A stretch of DNA of 64,000 nt from positions 96,001 to 160,000 of the forward strand of contig OZ240215.1 in NCBI GenBank assembly GCA_965197585.1. The letters are read 5' to 3'. The notes below the pieces were generated by a model, which was not told where the DNA came from, made no database searches, and saw nothing but the letters and a program-made list of their open reading frames with translations. Positions 38,034 through 47,763 of the stretch are shown one piece after another (the stretch's first letter is position 1; every line of letters begins with the position of its first letter). This stretch comes from Dehalococcoidia bacterium. GTDB lineage: Bacteria > Chloroflexota > Dehalococcoidia > Plut-88900. A program made the position numbers and the translations under genes.

Positions 38034-38810
38034 ATGGACATTAACGACATCTTCACCAAGGGACTGGACCTTAATGAGGCCTTAGATTTGCTGTGGCCGG
38101 TCTCGATTTACGTTCTGGGCATGGCTGCCTATGCAATCTTTGTCTTCAAGTTCTATCGGTTTGTGGCTGCTCGGGATGTGTTTGACCTGGACCTGTCCAG
38201 GTATGAAGAGTCGAGTCACCGATGGATACGATCTTCGCTCCACTTTACTTTGTACGTGGCGAAATATCTCATTCTGTTTCCGGTATTCGCATTCTTCTGG
38301 TTCGCAGTCCTCACTCTTGTATTGGCCTTCCTCTCTAAAGAGCAAACCTTCGCGGATACGCTGTTGATAGCCCTTGCCACGGTCAGTGCAATCCGAGTCG
38401 CAGCCTATTACAAGGAGGACCTATCCCGAGACCTCGCCAAGATGCTGCCCTTCGCAGTCCTCGGTGTATTCCTCATCGATGCGTCATTCTTCTCCGTCTC
38501 CGATTCCCTTGACTCTCTCAAAGGGGCAGGAGACTACACCGAAAACATCTTGTACTACCTTTTGTTCCTCATTGGCCTGGAATTTGTGTTGCGGCTTCTG
38601 ATGGGGATCATAAAACTCATAGTAGGCTTAAGAAATCGGATTCGGAAACAGCGTGCCCCCACTGTGGATGTTGAGTCCTCTCCTTTGAAGGAAGAAGCGA
38701 CAACTGAACAGGAATCAGAGCGTGGAAGTCCAACAGAAGACCATCAACCCGAGCCGGCCTCCTGCGGCGCAGAGGATGGAGAATCCTCCAGCCCGACGAA
38801 AAATCCCTAG
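38034..38810 (+). CDS. Hypothetical multi-pass membrane protein
   Basis: About five hydrophobic segments, DLSRDLAKMLPF motif, acidic tail. Confidence 0.75.
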   Translation: MDINDIFTKGLDLNEALDLLWPVSIYVLGMAAYAIFVFKFYRFVAARDVFDLDLSRYEESSHRWIRSSLHFTLYVAKYLILFPVFAFFWFAVLTLVLAFLSKEQTFADTLLIALATVSAIRVAAYYKEDLSRDLAKMLPFAVLGVFLIDASFFSVSDSLDSLKGAGDYTENILYYLLFLIGLEFVLRLLMGIIKLIVGLRNRIRKQRAPTVDVESSPLKEEATTEQESERGSPTEDHQPEPASCGAEDGESSSPTKNP

Positions 38811-39163
38811 AACATCGCCTTATTCGTGCGCAACAAATATCTGCTATCAGAGAGACGTAGTCTGGCTGAACAGACTGCGGAAGGCACTAGGAACTACGAA
38901 ATAAAGGTGATCTGGGACAATAACGAGCAGGAGTGGGAATAGTGTTGGTGGGTCAGAGTTGGACGTGAGGGAATGGGCATTATCGTGTAATGCCCTCCTT
39001 CATCTAATGAGTACATAAGGGTGTCAGTGCGCGGATTAGCGGCGACCGTCATCCCGACCATCTACTCGGCACAACTCTTTAACACGCCCCTCCTGTGAAT
39101 ACCCACCAAGAGGCACTGGTTTGCCGTCCACCCCTTCCGCCTCAACAGCTAGATCCCCACAAC

Positions 39164-39301
39164 CTACATAGGACCTTCATTACTCTCGACCACCCTCGGG
39201 ATTTTAGCCTTCAAATGCGGCGGCGCGCTAGACATGAACTCATCGTGAGGCATCATCCCCAAGTCGATGTGGCTATCAGGCGATATGACCCTGCAGGTCA
39301 T
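39164..39301 (-). pseudogene. N-terminal remnant of an amidohydrolase-family gene
   Basis: MTCRVISPDSHIDLGMMPHDEFMSSAPPHLKAKIPRVVESNEGPM* resembles the IS.DSH start of amidohydrolase_2 proteins; further stops follow. Confidence 0.65.
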
Positions 39302-39401
39302 TCATCGTATCCTGCCGTTCTCAGGCAGGATACGATGAAGCCAAGCCGGTTGTGTCCGATGTCAACAGCTTCTACTTATTCTAGTTTGGACCTGCTCTTT
39401 G

Positions 39402-39936
39402 CTACTGGGTTGCGGTGATATACATCTCCTCAGCCCAGTCCAGAATTTCTCCCAAATAGACCTCATCCAGGATGATTCCGTAGGGGGCGTTTGCCGCCGA
39501 GGTGGGCAGCTCGTCTCGTACATCGTCAAAGGCAGGGTCGTCCAACAATGGTATGGCTTTCCGGTTGACCGGCCCATATGAGATGTATTTGGACATCTGA
39601 ACGTTGATCTCGGCGAAGGTTACCCAGGCGATGACCAGGTTGCCCAACTCGTACCTTTCGGGATGCAACTCCTTCATGCCGTTGACCATGTCCCATCCGC
39701 TTATATTAATGATGTGGCCGCATTCCCAGCAGATGCCCAAGGGAGCGCCTTCACCTTCCACCGCATCAAAGATTCGACCGTTCCAGGCAGAGCACATGTC
39801 GACCTCTCCGGCGATAAGCATCTGGGGACAGTCTGAGCCACTGCTCCAATACACTATGTCGCTGTCTTCGTCGTCAACCCAATCGGCAAACCAGGCGAAA
39901 TCTTCCTCTATTTGCTCTCTGCTCGGTGTGTTGGCA
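39402..39936 (-). pseudogene. C-terminal fragment of a PotD-like solute-binding protein
   Basis: WSSGSDCPQMLIAGEVD..WNGRIFDAV..ICWECGH..YGPVNRKA aligns with the repeats of 47764..50235; N-terminal half and signal peptide are absent. Confidence 0.8.
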
Positions 39937-39998
39937 GGATTCGAACCCCTGACCCCCTCAATGCCATTGAGGTGCTCTCCCAGCTGAGCTACAGCCCC
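39937..39998 (-). pseudogene. Truncated tRNA-Ala(GGC), 5' 62 nt only
   Basis: GGGGCTGTAGCTCAGCTGGGAGAGCACCTCAATGGCATTGAGGGGGTCAGGGGTTCGAATCC. D and anticodon arms are intact; the T-stem 3' strand and acceptor 3' strand/CCA are missing. Confidence 0.85.
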
Positions 39999-40095
39999 AC
40001 TTGAGCGAATCGCGGACTAAGAAGATAGCAGATTGGGTAGTAGCTATCAACAGAGGGGACTCTGCCGCTCCCAATGGACTAGCTGATGCAGAGTG

Positions 40096-40974
40096 TTAGC
40101 GAGAGTTAAGTACCTTCTGCATCGTGATCCCGATTTCAGCAGGACTATAGGCAATCGTGGCACCCGCGTCACTGAGAGCCTGTGCCTTAGCCTTGGCGGT
40201 GCCACTCTCGCCAGTGATGATGGCCCCGGCGTGACCCATCCGACGCCCGGGAGGTGCGGTAGCGCCTCCGATAAACGAGACCACCGGCTTGGTCATATTG
40301 CTCTTGATAAACGCCGCTGCCTCCTGCTCCCGAGACCCGCCTATCTCTCCTATCATCACTATAGCTTCGGTTTCGTCGTCCTCTTGGAAAAGACCGAGAA
40401 TCTCCACGAAGTCAGACCCGATTATCGGGTCTCCACCAATGCCCACACACGTTGACTGACCAATCCCGAGCTCGGTCAACTGAGCGACGGCCTCGTAGGT
40501 GAGGGTGCCGCTCCGGGAGACGATGCCGACTCGACCGGCCATGTGTATGTTGCCCGGCATGATTCCCACCTTGGCCTTGGATCCGGGGGATATCGCTCCT
40601 GGGCAGTTGGGGCCGATCAGGCGGACGGGCTTGTCCTTCAGATACTTGCCCACATTGACCATGTCCAGCACGGGTAGCCCCTCGGTGATGGCGATGATCA
40701 GGGGCACTCCTGCATCGGCGGACTCTAGGATAGCGTCCGCAGCGAAAGGGGCGGGAACGAAAATCAGGGCGACATTTGCATCCGTCTCGGCAACGGCCTG
40801 GGACACGGAGTTGTATACCGGCACCCCCTCCACGTCCGTTCCCCCTTTGCCCGGAGTCACCCCGGCGACCAGGTTCGTGCCGTAGTCTCGGCAGCGCATG
40901 GCGTGAAAGCTGCCGTCTCTGCCGGTGATGCCCTGGACCATCAGCCGTGTATTGTCGTCTACTAGAATGCTCAT
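40096..40974 (-). CDS. sucD: Succinyl-CoA synthetase alpha subunit
   Basis: [32 protein letters not shown]. Confidence 0.97.
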   Translation of the reverse strand: MSILVDDNTRLMVQGITGRDGSFHAMRCRDYGTNLVAGVTPGKGGTDVEGVPVYNSVSQAVAETDANVALIFVPAPFAADAILESADAGVPLIIAITEGLPVLDMVNVGKYLKDKPVRLIGPNCPGAISPGSKAKVGIMPGNIHMAGRVGIVSRSGTLTYEAVAQLTELGIGQSTCVGIGGDPIIGSDFVEILGLFQEDDETEAIVMIGEIGGSREQEAAAFIKSNMTKPVVSFIGGATAPPGRRMGHAGAIITGESGTAKAKAQALSDAGATIAYSPAEIGITMQKVLNSR

Positions 40975-40986
40975 TTGTATAATTCC

Positions 40987-42150
40987 TTAGCGGGAGTTCT
41001 GGGCTGCAACTATCCTCTGGGCGGCGCCTTGGAGGTCGGGGACGAAGGCGATGTTCAGCCCCGAATCTTCGAGAATCTGCCGTCCCTCATCGACGTTCGT
41101 TCCCCTCATCCTCACCACCACCGGCATGTCCACGTCGACCTCCCTGGCCGCTGCCACAATGCCCCGGGCAGCCACATCGCAACGAAGGATGCCGCCGAAG
41201 ATGTTTACCAGCACCTTCTTCACTTTGGGGTCCGACACCAGGAGCTTGAAGGCCTGGGCGATCTTCTCTTCATTGGCGCCACCGCCCACGTCCAAAAAGT
41301 TGGCCGGCGCAGCCCCGAGAAGCTGGATAATGTCCATGGTAGCCATCGCGAGACCCGCCCCATTGACCATGCACCCCACGTCGCCGTCGAGCTTGATGTA
41401 GTTGATGTCATATTCGTTGGCTTGTACGTCCAGGGGGTCTTCTTGGGAATCATCTCGCAGGTCTTGTACGTCCCGGTGACGGAAAAGGCCGTCGTCATCG
41501 AAATCCACCTTGGCGTCCAGTGCCATCAGCGACCCGTCTCCGGTCAGGATCAACGGGTTAATCTCGACAAGCGAGCATCCCTTCTCCCGCATTAGCCGGT
41601 ACAGCCCCGCGAATATGGCCCCGGCTGGGCGGACCTGCTTGTCCCCAAGCCCAAGACCATAGGCTAGGCGCCGGCCCTGGAAGGGCTGAAGCCCGATAGT
41701 TGGGTCGACCCGCTCCTTGAGTATCTTCTCAGGGGTGGCCGCAGCGACCTCCTCTATCTCCATGCCTCCCGCTTCGCTGGCCATGATTACCGGCACGCCT
41801 GCTGATCCGTCGATGACGATTCCGACGTACAGCTCCTTGCCCTCCGGCGCAGCCTTTTCGACAAGCACTTTCCCGATGGGTACGCCTTCCGCAGTGGTCT
41901 GATGGGTGACGAGCCGGGTCCCTAGCAGCGATTTTGCGTGGGCCGCGGCCTCCTCCGGCGTATCGGCTACCTTTATGCCCCCCGCCTTGCCCCGGCCCCC
42001 GGCGTGGACTTGCGCTTTGACGACGACTCGTCCGCCCAATTCGCGGGCGATCTCGGCGGCTTGCTCCGGGGTCTCAGTAGCGCGACCTTCGGGTACAGGG
42101 ACTTTGTACTGGGCCAGCAGGATCTTGGCCTGATATTCGTGAATTTTCAT
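40987..42150 (-). CDS. sucC: Succinyl-CoA synthetase beta subunit
   Basis: MKIHEYQAK, KAQVHAGGRGKAGG, EINPL, NGAGLAMATMD, NIFGGILRCD. Confidence 0.97.
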   Translation of the reverse strand: MKIHEYQAKILLAQYKVPVPEGRATETPEQAAEIARELGGRVVVKAQVHAGGRGKAGGIKVADTPEEAAAHAKSLLGTRLVTHQTTAEGVPIGKVLVEKAAPEGKELYVGIVIDGSAGVPVIMASEAGGMEIEEVAAATPEKILKERVDPTIGLQPFQGRRLAYGLGLGDKQVRPAGAIFAGLYRLMREKGCSLVEINPLILTGDGSLMALDAKVDFDDDGLFRHRDVQDLRDDSQEDPLDVQANEYDINYIKLDGDVGCMVNGAGLAMATMDIIQLLGAAPANFLDVGGGANEEKIAQAFKLLVSDPKVKKVLVNIFGGILRCDVAARGIVAAAREVDVDMPVVVRMRGTNVDEGRQILEDSGLNIAFVPDLQGAAQRIVAAQNSR

Positions 42151-42235
42151 TTTAGGCTCCTTTAACGAGCGGCGATTATGATATCTGACAGGCTATGACC
42201 TGTCCATTAAGTCGGAATGAGGCGTATGTTTCCTG

Positions 42236-43495
42236 CTAGCCCTTTTCCAGCTTGGGAGAGGGCATCGATAGAAGGGGCCGGTCCCGGATCGCGAGTACAG
42301 CTATATACCCGACTACCGAGAGGATTAATGCCAAGAGCCAAACATCTTGATAGTCGCCGCTATTGTCGAACATTAGCCCGCCTATGAAGGCGCCCAACCC
42401 CCCCGACATCTGGTGCACCATGTTGGCTGTTCCCGTAAGCGCTCCCAGATTCCTGACGCCGAAACCCCGAGCCAGGTATATCGGGGCGAGTGGAGCGGTC
42501 ATAAGGAATGTAAACCCGTAAAGAAGGCCGAAGACGATAACAGCCGCGGGGGAGGTGGAAGTCACAACTAGGGCGAAGATCACGATTCTTATTAGGAAGC
42601 ACACCCCGGAGGGCTTGCCAGGCCCAAAGGCATCGGAAAGGTACCCCGAGACCAGCACTCCGAACATTCCCATTACTCCCATAATCGCCAGCAAATTGCC
42701 GGCCAGAAAAGGGGTGAGTCCCTGATCGGTTGCAAAGGCGACGATATGCGTGCTGACAAGGAAGTCCTGGAAGCCGCAGATGGATAACATGAATATCAGC
42801 GTGAGGAACTTCCGGGAGGTTACAACCTGTTTGTAGGCGATGCCGGTTTCAGGAGTTCGACTCTCCGCACTCTGGTTTGCTTTCTCTACCGACCCGGTGG
42901 CCTCTTGCACTTTGGGACGGGAGCGGATGAAGGCCAAGGTCATCGGCACACTGAGGGTGGGTATCATCAACCCAATGATCATGTATGAGGTCCTCCAGCC
43001 CCAGTCGAGCAGAACGGACGACAATAGCGAGATTATTACCAGCTGTCCTATGGCGCCGCCGGTAATTGCGGTGCTATTGGCCTTGCCCGGATTGTTCGGG
43101 AACCAGCGGCTCACGAGGACGATCATGACGCCCAGGTTCGAGCCTCCGCTCCCGACCGCAAATACCACCCCGTAGAGCAGGAAAAGCTGCCACGGGGCTT
43201 TCACGAATCCGGTGAATCCGGCGCCCGCGGCCATGACCAGAACAAAGGCCGCAATGATCAGCCGAAAGCCGTACCTGTCTGCGAAACGCCCCGCCAGCGG
43301 CATAGTAAGTGCCGAGACCACCATATAAGTGGTCTGTACCAGGGAAAGGGGGCCCCGACTCCAGCCCAAGTCCGCCTCAAGAGGCTTGAGTACTACACCG
43401 AAAGCCATCCGAGACCCGCTGTTGAAGAAGATAACCACGAAGGCAGTGGCTAGCACTAGCCAACTACGATCTATCCTACGGGCCCAATTCAGCAT
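42236..43495 (-). CDS. MFS transporter (12-TM)
   Basis: GRFADRYGFR, SRWFP, GWRTSY, GYLSDAFG. Confidence 0.9.
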   Translation of the reverse strand: MLNWARRIDRSWLVLATAFVVIFFNSGSRMAFGVVLKPLEADLGWSRGPLSLVQTTYMVVSALTMPLAGRFADRYGFRLIIAAFVLVMAAGAGFTGFVKAPWQLFLLYGVVFAVGSGGSNLGVMIVLVSRWFPNNPGKANSTAITGGAIGQLVIISLLSSVLLDWGWRTSYMIIGLMIPTLSVPMTLAFIRSRPKVQEATGSVEKANQSAESRTPETGIAYKQVVTSRKFLTLIFMLSICGFQDFLVSTHIVAFATDQGLTPFLAGNLLAIMGVMGMFGVLVSGYLSDAFGPGKPSGVCFLIRIVIFALVVTSTSPAAVIVFGLLYGFTFLMTAPLAPIYLARGFGVRNLGALTGTANMVHQMSGGLGAFIGGLMFDNSGDYQDVWLLALILSVVGYIAVLAIRDRPLLSMPSPKLEKG

Positions 43496-43529
43496 GTTCT
43501 TCGAGTGTTGTTGGAGCCGGAAGATCTAG

Positions 43530-44724
43530 GGAAGCTCTGAACAACTCACTGTAAACCAGCTTAGGTTGTCTTGCATGGAGTTTTGGGGAGAGGTTGGGTC
43601 GTAATGTTGCGTCCCGGTGGCTTATTTGCATCCTATGTTCTGGCCTGTCAGGGCATCCAGTCACCATCAACCCGGATTTGACCACACTGCTCCTCCGTCA
43701 CACCGCTAAGTGGCGCTCGGCCCTTACCAAGTTGGCCAGCCCCAGCAGCATCGCCACCCGTTGCGTGTTCTTGTACAGGCCCCTGTAGCGGACCTTGGCG
43801 TAGCCGAAGTGCCGTTTCACGTACAGGAACGGATGCTCCACCTTAGCCCTGATGGATGATTTGCTCTTCTCCGCCAAGGCCTCGCAGCTCCCCGCCCTCA
43901 GTTTCCGACGCCGTCCAGGTCTCATCGCCACCCGCCACTCCACATCCATATCCCGATTCTCCGCCCGCTTCTCCACTCCCTGATATCCCGCATCTCCCCA
44001 CACTCGCCTCTCCCCTCCATGCAGCAGCCGGTGCGCCTCCGTCACGTCATGCACGTTCGCAGCTGTCGTACTCATACTGTGCACCACCCCCGTGTCAGCG
44101 TCTGCACCAATGTGCACTTTCATACCGAAGTGCCACTCCTTCCCCTTCTTCACCTGGTGCATATCGGGGTCTCGCTCTCCAGCACGGTTCTTCGTAGACG
44201 CCGGCGCCTCGATGATGCTCGCATCCACAATCGTACCCTCCCTGAGCCTCAGTCCCCGAGACTCCAGATGACGGTTGATCTCCTCGAACAGCCCCCGACC
44301 CAACTCCTGCTCTTCCAGCAGATGGCGGAAGTTCAGTATCGTAGTCTCGTCAGGCAAGGGGCCGGACAGCCTCAGACCTGTGAACCGCCTCACCGACTCC
44401 ACCTCGTAGAGCATGTCCTCCATGCCCGGATCGCTCAGGTTGTAGAACAGCTGCACGCAGTGTATCCGCAGCATCACCGACAACTCGTAGGGCCTCCGTC
44501 CACGGCCTGCCCTGCAATAGTAGGGCCGGATTCGCTCCTCTAACTTTCCCCATGGAACCAGGTCCTCCATCCGCTCCAGAAATATCTCCCGGCGGGTCTT
44601 TCGCTTCTTGCCCTCGTATTCCAAGTCTGCAAATGTCGGCTGCTTCATCAAATCTCACCTCAGCTTTGGCCTTACTCTCCTTATCTTACTATTACCTATG
44701 CCCCTATACTTGTTCAGAGGTTTC
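43530..44724 (-). mobile_element. IS5-family (IS5 subgroup) insertion sequence, 1195 bp
   Basis: Inverted repeats GGAAGCTCTGAACAA / GAAACCTCTGAACAA; CTAG duplication at 43526-43529 and 44725-44728. Confidence 0.9.
43698..44651 (-). CDS. IS5-family transposase
   Basis: KRKTRREIFL, PDETTILNFRHLLE, VDASII, WHFGMKVHIG, GDAGY, RAKVEHPF, KVRYRGL. Confidence 0.96.
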   Translation of the reverse strand: MMKQPTFADLEYEGKKRKTRREIFLERMEDLVPWGKLEERIRPYYCRAGRGRRPYELSVMLRIHCVQLFYNLSDPGMEDMLYEVESVRRFTGLRLSGPLPDETTILNFRHLLEEQELGRGLFEEINRHLESRGLRLREGTIVDASIIEAPASTKNRAGERDPDMHQVKKGKEWHFGMKVHIGADADTGVVHSMSTTAANVHDVTEAHRLLHGGERRVWGDAGYQGVEKRAENRDMDVEWRVAMRPGRRRKLRAGSCEALAEKSKSSIRAKVEHPFLYVKRHFGYAKVRYRGLYKNTQRVAMLLGLANLVRAERHLAV

Positions 44725-45858
44725 CTAGGTCACGCGCTCCAGAAAGCGCCGATACGCCTGCATCAGCTCCCGCGCCCGATCCCAAGCCTCAGACGGGTGA
44801 ATGCTGGGACAGTCGTAGTCTAATAGGTCTTTCAGCCGGCCACGGGTCTCCTCTAAATATAGAGCAGTCCCGTCTCCCTGCACTTCGGAGATGCCGAATA
44901 CGGGCAGAGCCGCTCGCCCGATCCTTTCCGCCTCCCCCCGAGATAACTCCTCAGGAAGGGCCAGTTCTGCGCCATCTGTCCCAAGCCTGACTGGATAATC
45001 GCCTGGCAGCCCAAGAGGTGAATTTACAGTCATAAGCTCCCGGCTGTCCTGAGCAATTGCAAGGGCATTCTTTACCGCCGAGGCCGCGGGGGTTGGGAAC
45101 AGGGGTGGATAGCCTTCGACGGGGAAGAAACGGCTTCGCATGGCCGCCTCGATGAGCGATTTCGGGTCGTAGTTCGATGTGACGTCTTTACCGTCTACCG
45201 AGAGCTTGAGAAAGTAGGGCATCTTGCTGGGTCCAGCATGGAGCATGGCGCTGCCGCCGCTAACAAGGAAGACCTGAACGGCGTCTGCGGTGCACTCGTG
45301 CTCTGCGGCGACGGTACGGCGTATCTCGTAGGCCAAATGCTCGCAGTTTCCCGCCCCGCACACCGCCCCGAGCCCCGCGCTCCAGAGCATCGGGTTTACA
45401 ACGTCGGCAAAGGATACGTTGACGACCGGCGTATCGGGTGTGGCGCTGTCCCGAGCCTTCATCACGTTGTAGGCGGGAGCTAGGTGCCAGGGCAGCTGTG
45501 CCCCGATGGTCAGGGCCGCCCGGGCCTGCTCTCCGGCCTCACCCGGGACTCGGGATAGCTGCTCGGTAACGGACCTGGGAGAAAGCAGAGATGATATGTT
45601 GATCACCACGTCCGGCTTGACGTCGGCGAGGACTGCTGCGGTCTGAGACACATTGCTTAGATTGACAGGGTGGAATGCGAAGGACTTGTCATGGCCGTTC
45701 ATTGACGCGCCGATGGCAGCGAGATTGGTGCGGTATCGCCCCCAGTCGGCGCGTAGGTCGGCAACGGCTATGGCGCCTACACCAGGCTCCCGAGCCAGGA
45801 ACTCCAGTGCCCAGGCGCCCACGTCGCCCAGCCCGATGATCAGTACTGTGGTGCTCAA
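44725..45858 (-). CDS. Rossmann-fold NAD(P)-dependent oxidoreductase (saccharopine dehydrogenase/LDH-like)
   Basis: IIGLGDVG dinucleotide motif, VVNVSFADVVNP, PLGLPGDYPV. Confidence 0.7.
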   Translation of the reverse strand: MSTTVLIIGLGDVGAWALEFLAREPGVGAIAVADLRADWGRYRTNLAAIGASMNGHDKSFAFHPVNLSNVSQTAAVLADVKPDVVINISSLLSPRSVTEQLSRVPGEAGEQARAALTIGAQLPWHLAPAYNVMKARDSATPDTPVVNVSFADVVNPMLWSAGLGAVCGAGNCEHLAYEIRRTVAAEHECTADAVQVFLVSGGSAMLHAGPSKMPYFLKLSVDGKDVTSNYDPKSLIEAAMRSRFFPVEGYPPLFPTPAASAVKNALAIAQDSRELMTVNSPLGLPGDYPVRLGTDGAELALPEELSRGEAERIGRAALPVFGISEVQGDGTALYLEETRGRLKDLLDYDCPSIHPSEAWDRARELMQAYRRFLERVT

Positions 45859-45906
45859 GGCATAATCCCCAAATCGATGCTATAAACCTGACTCTCGTAG
45901 CGTGGA

Positions 45907-45925
45907 TGGCGGAGGGAGTGGGATT
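45907..45925 (-). repeat. att-like tRNA 3'-end fragment (AATCCCACTCCCTCCGCCA, probably tRNA-Ser)
   Basis: Identical 19-mer at 58749-58767; T-arm/acceptor sequence ending in GCCA. Confidence 0.85.
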
Positions 45926-46776
45926 TAGCTATAAAATTACGGCTTCCGACTATGACTTCCCACATTTGTTACCACCCCATCAGCGCAAATGATTAGTACG
46001 AGTGCACGTTGGTGGCCAAGGGAGACTGTACCAGAACCTTTTAATTCGTTGTAGAGTTGCGAGTTTCCAGTAGTGGAACACCAGATATAGAAAAAGTGGA
46101 GCCTTTGGGATAACACCCTTTACATGGTCGCCCGTAATACTAACTTATTCAGAGAAGCTGCGCAGGGTTCGATTCCACCTAGGTGGGCCTGAGTTGACCG
46201 CAGGCAGTACCACGTTCGAGTTGACGGTGGCGTTCCTGCCCAACCAAGTGGAGACACGAGCCCGAGGGTACAGTTGCGCCGCTGGCCCACCAGCCTTTCG
46301 CTTTGATTGGGTGCCCACCCGAGGCCGGCTCCCAACTCTGTCTAACCCATCCCATGAGGCTCGAACTGCCCATTTGGCTCGTGATGCCGAGGGGGGAGAC
46401 GACGGGTCCCCCTCAAGAACGATAGCAGCCCCCACGAATGGTGTCGTCCGACTACGTGCTGGCCTCAAGTCCACCGCCCACGAGTACCTGAGTATTTCGT
46501 GTCTATTCTGTACCGTGAATGTTCACGGCTGTTTCGCAATAGACATCAAACTCTGCACTACTCCTGGGCAGCAGAACTGAATTCCACTTCGGAAATCTAG
46601 CTGACCGAGGATTCATTTTTTAGTCTTGGCGATTGTTAGTTCGCAAGTTATTGGCATCGGGAAACACATACAGCATTCTTCTCTCCAAGAGAGGTGAAAT
46701 TGGGAGGGGTAATTGCAGACTCACACATGATCATATTGTAGGATAGGCCCTACCAATTCAGGTTTGGAGGAATGCC

Positions 46777-46920
46777 TTGGAAGCGTATTGTGTGAAGTGC
46801 AGGTCCAAGAGGGAGATGAACAACTCCCAGTCCGTTACGATGAAGAATGGGCGCCCGGCCACTCAGGGTGTATGCCCAGTCTGCTCCACAAAGATGTTCC
46901 GGATCGGTAAAGCCGAATAG
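46777..46920 (+). CDS. Small Zn-ribbon protein, DUF5679-like (47 aa)
   Basis: TTG after GGAGG: MEAYCVKCRSKREMNNSQSVTMKNGRPATQGVCPVCSTKMFRIGKAE; two CxxC pairs; too short for the ORF track. Confidence 0.85.
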   Translation: MEAYCVKCRSKREMNNSQSVTMKNGRPATQGVCPVCSTKMFRIGKAE

Positions 46921-46938
46921 TCCGGCAGTCTCCAGCAA

Positions 46939-46972
46939 GCCAGAGGGTCCTGCTTCAGCAGGTGCCTCTGGC
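46939..46972 (+). terminator. Hairpin terminator after the small Zn-ribbon gene
   Basis: GCCAGAGG..CCTGC-TTCA-GCAGG..CCTCTGGC followed by TTCT. Confidence 0.55.
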
Positions 46973-47763
46973 TTCTGGCTTCTCCCTCGGCTACCGGTTG
47001 GCCTGCTCCGTCGGTTCTTGGTGGTTTCCCCCGATGTGGCAGGATAGGATTCCGACTACAAGTTCAGAACACATATCAATGCGAAAGTTCTTGATTTTGT
47101 CCAGTTTGTTGAACTGTGTTTGACTGTAGGCATTACCATTTCCGAGTTTCGCCTGAAGCTGTCATGACAAGCAAGTCGCTTGGATACATCGCCACCACCG
47201 CAAATAATCACTCGGAGATTGTCACACAGAATCTAGCTTGAGACCTCCTTCGGATGCAGATTACCTATTCACGTATGCGTCAAACGAGGGTATCTGCGGT
47301 GAGCTCCGCGGCGTAACCAAAGGACACGTGCTGCAACGTCACTTCAGTCACTATCTGTGGCATCCGACATTCCTCTTATTACGTACCCCAAGATAACTAC
47401 ACTCAATACGACAGAACATTACAGGACTTGTAGTAAACAAAGACAGTGTGCTAGCATCCCGCTAGGCCGTGGGCAGGATGCCAGGAGGTGTATGTGGTCT
47501 TCACTTATTTGTCCCTCACCTAATTCCTTGCTGGCCTATCGTTTCCGTGATCTTGCCTCTACTGCCCTAACCTTCTCCCTCCCACTTCCTCCTCGGATGC
47601 ATCACACCGGAAACGCTCCAATTGCTTCAGCGCGATGCAGTTACCGTCCATTGTGACCCGTATTGCTTACCGATACCGAATAGGAGTCTTTTATGTGCCG
47701 TTCTAAGGTCTGCCCATCACAATCCTTGGGGCAGTTGGGGCCGTTGTTTATGAGGAGGATCCA

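Noticed and set aside
39164-39166. In-frame TAG as possible pyrrolysine
   Set aside because: Likely a TGG-to-TAG mutation; another stop follows five codons later and similarity decays.
39937-39998. Functional tRNA-Ala
   Set aside because: The downstream bases cannot complete the T-stem or acceptor stem.
46120-46580. Several overlapping short ORFs at the island's left end
   Set aside because: No motifs, no RBS support and no protein-like composition.
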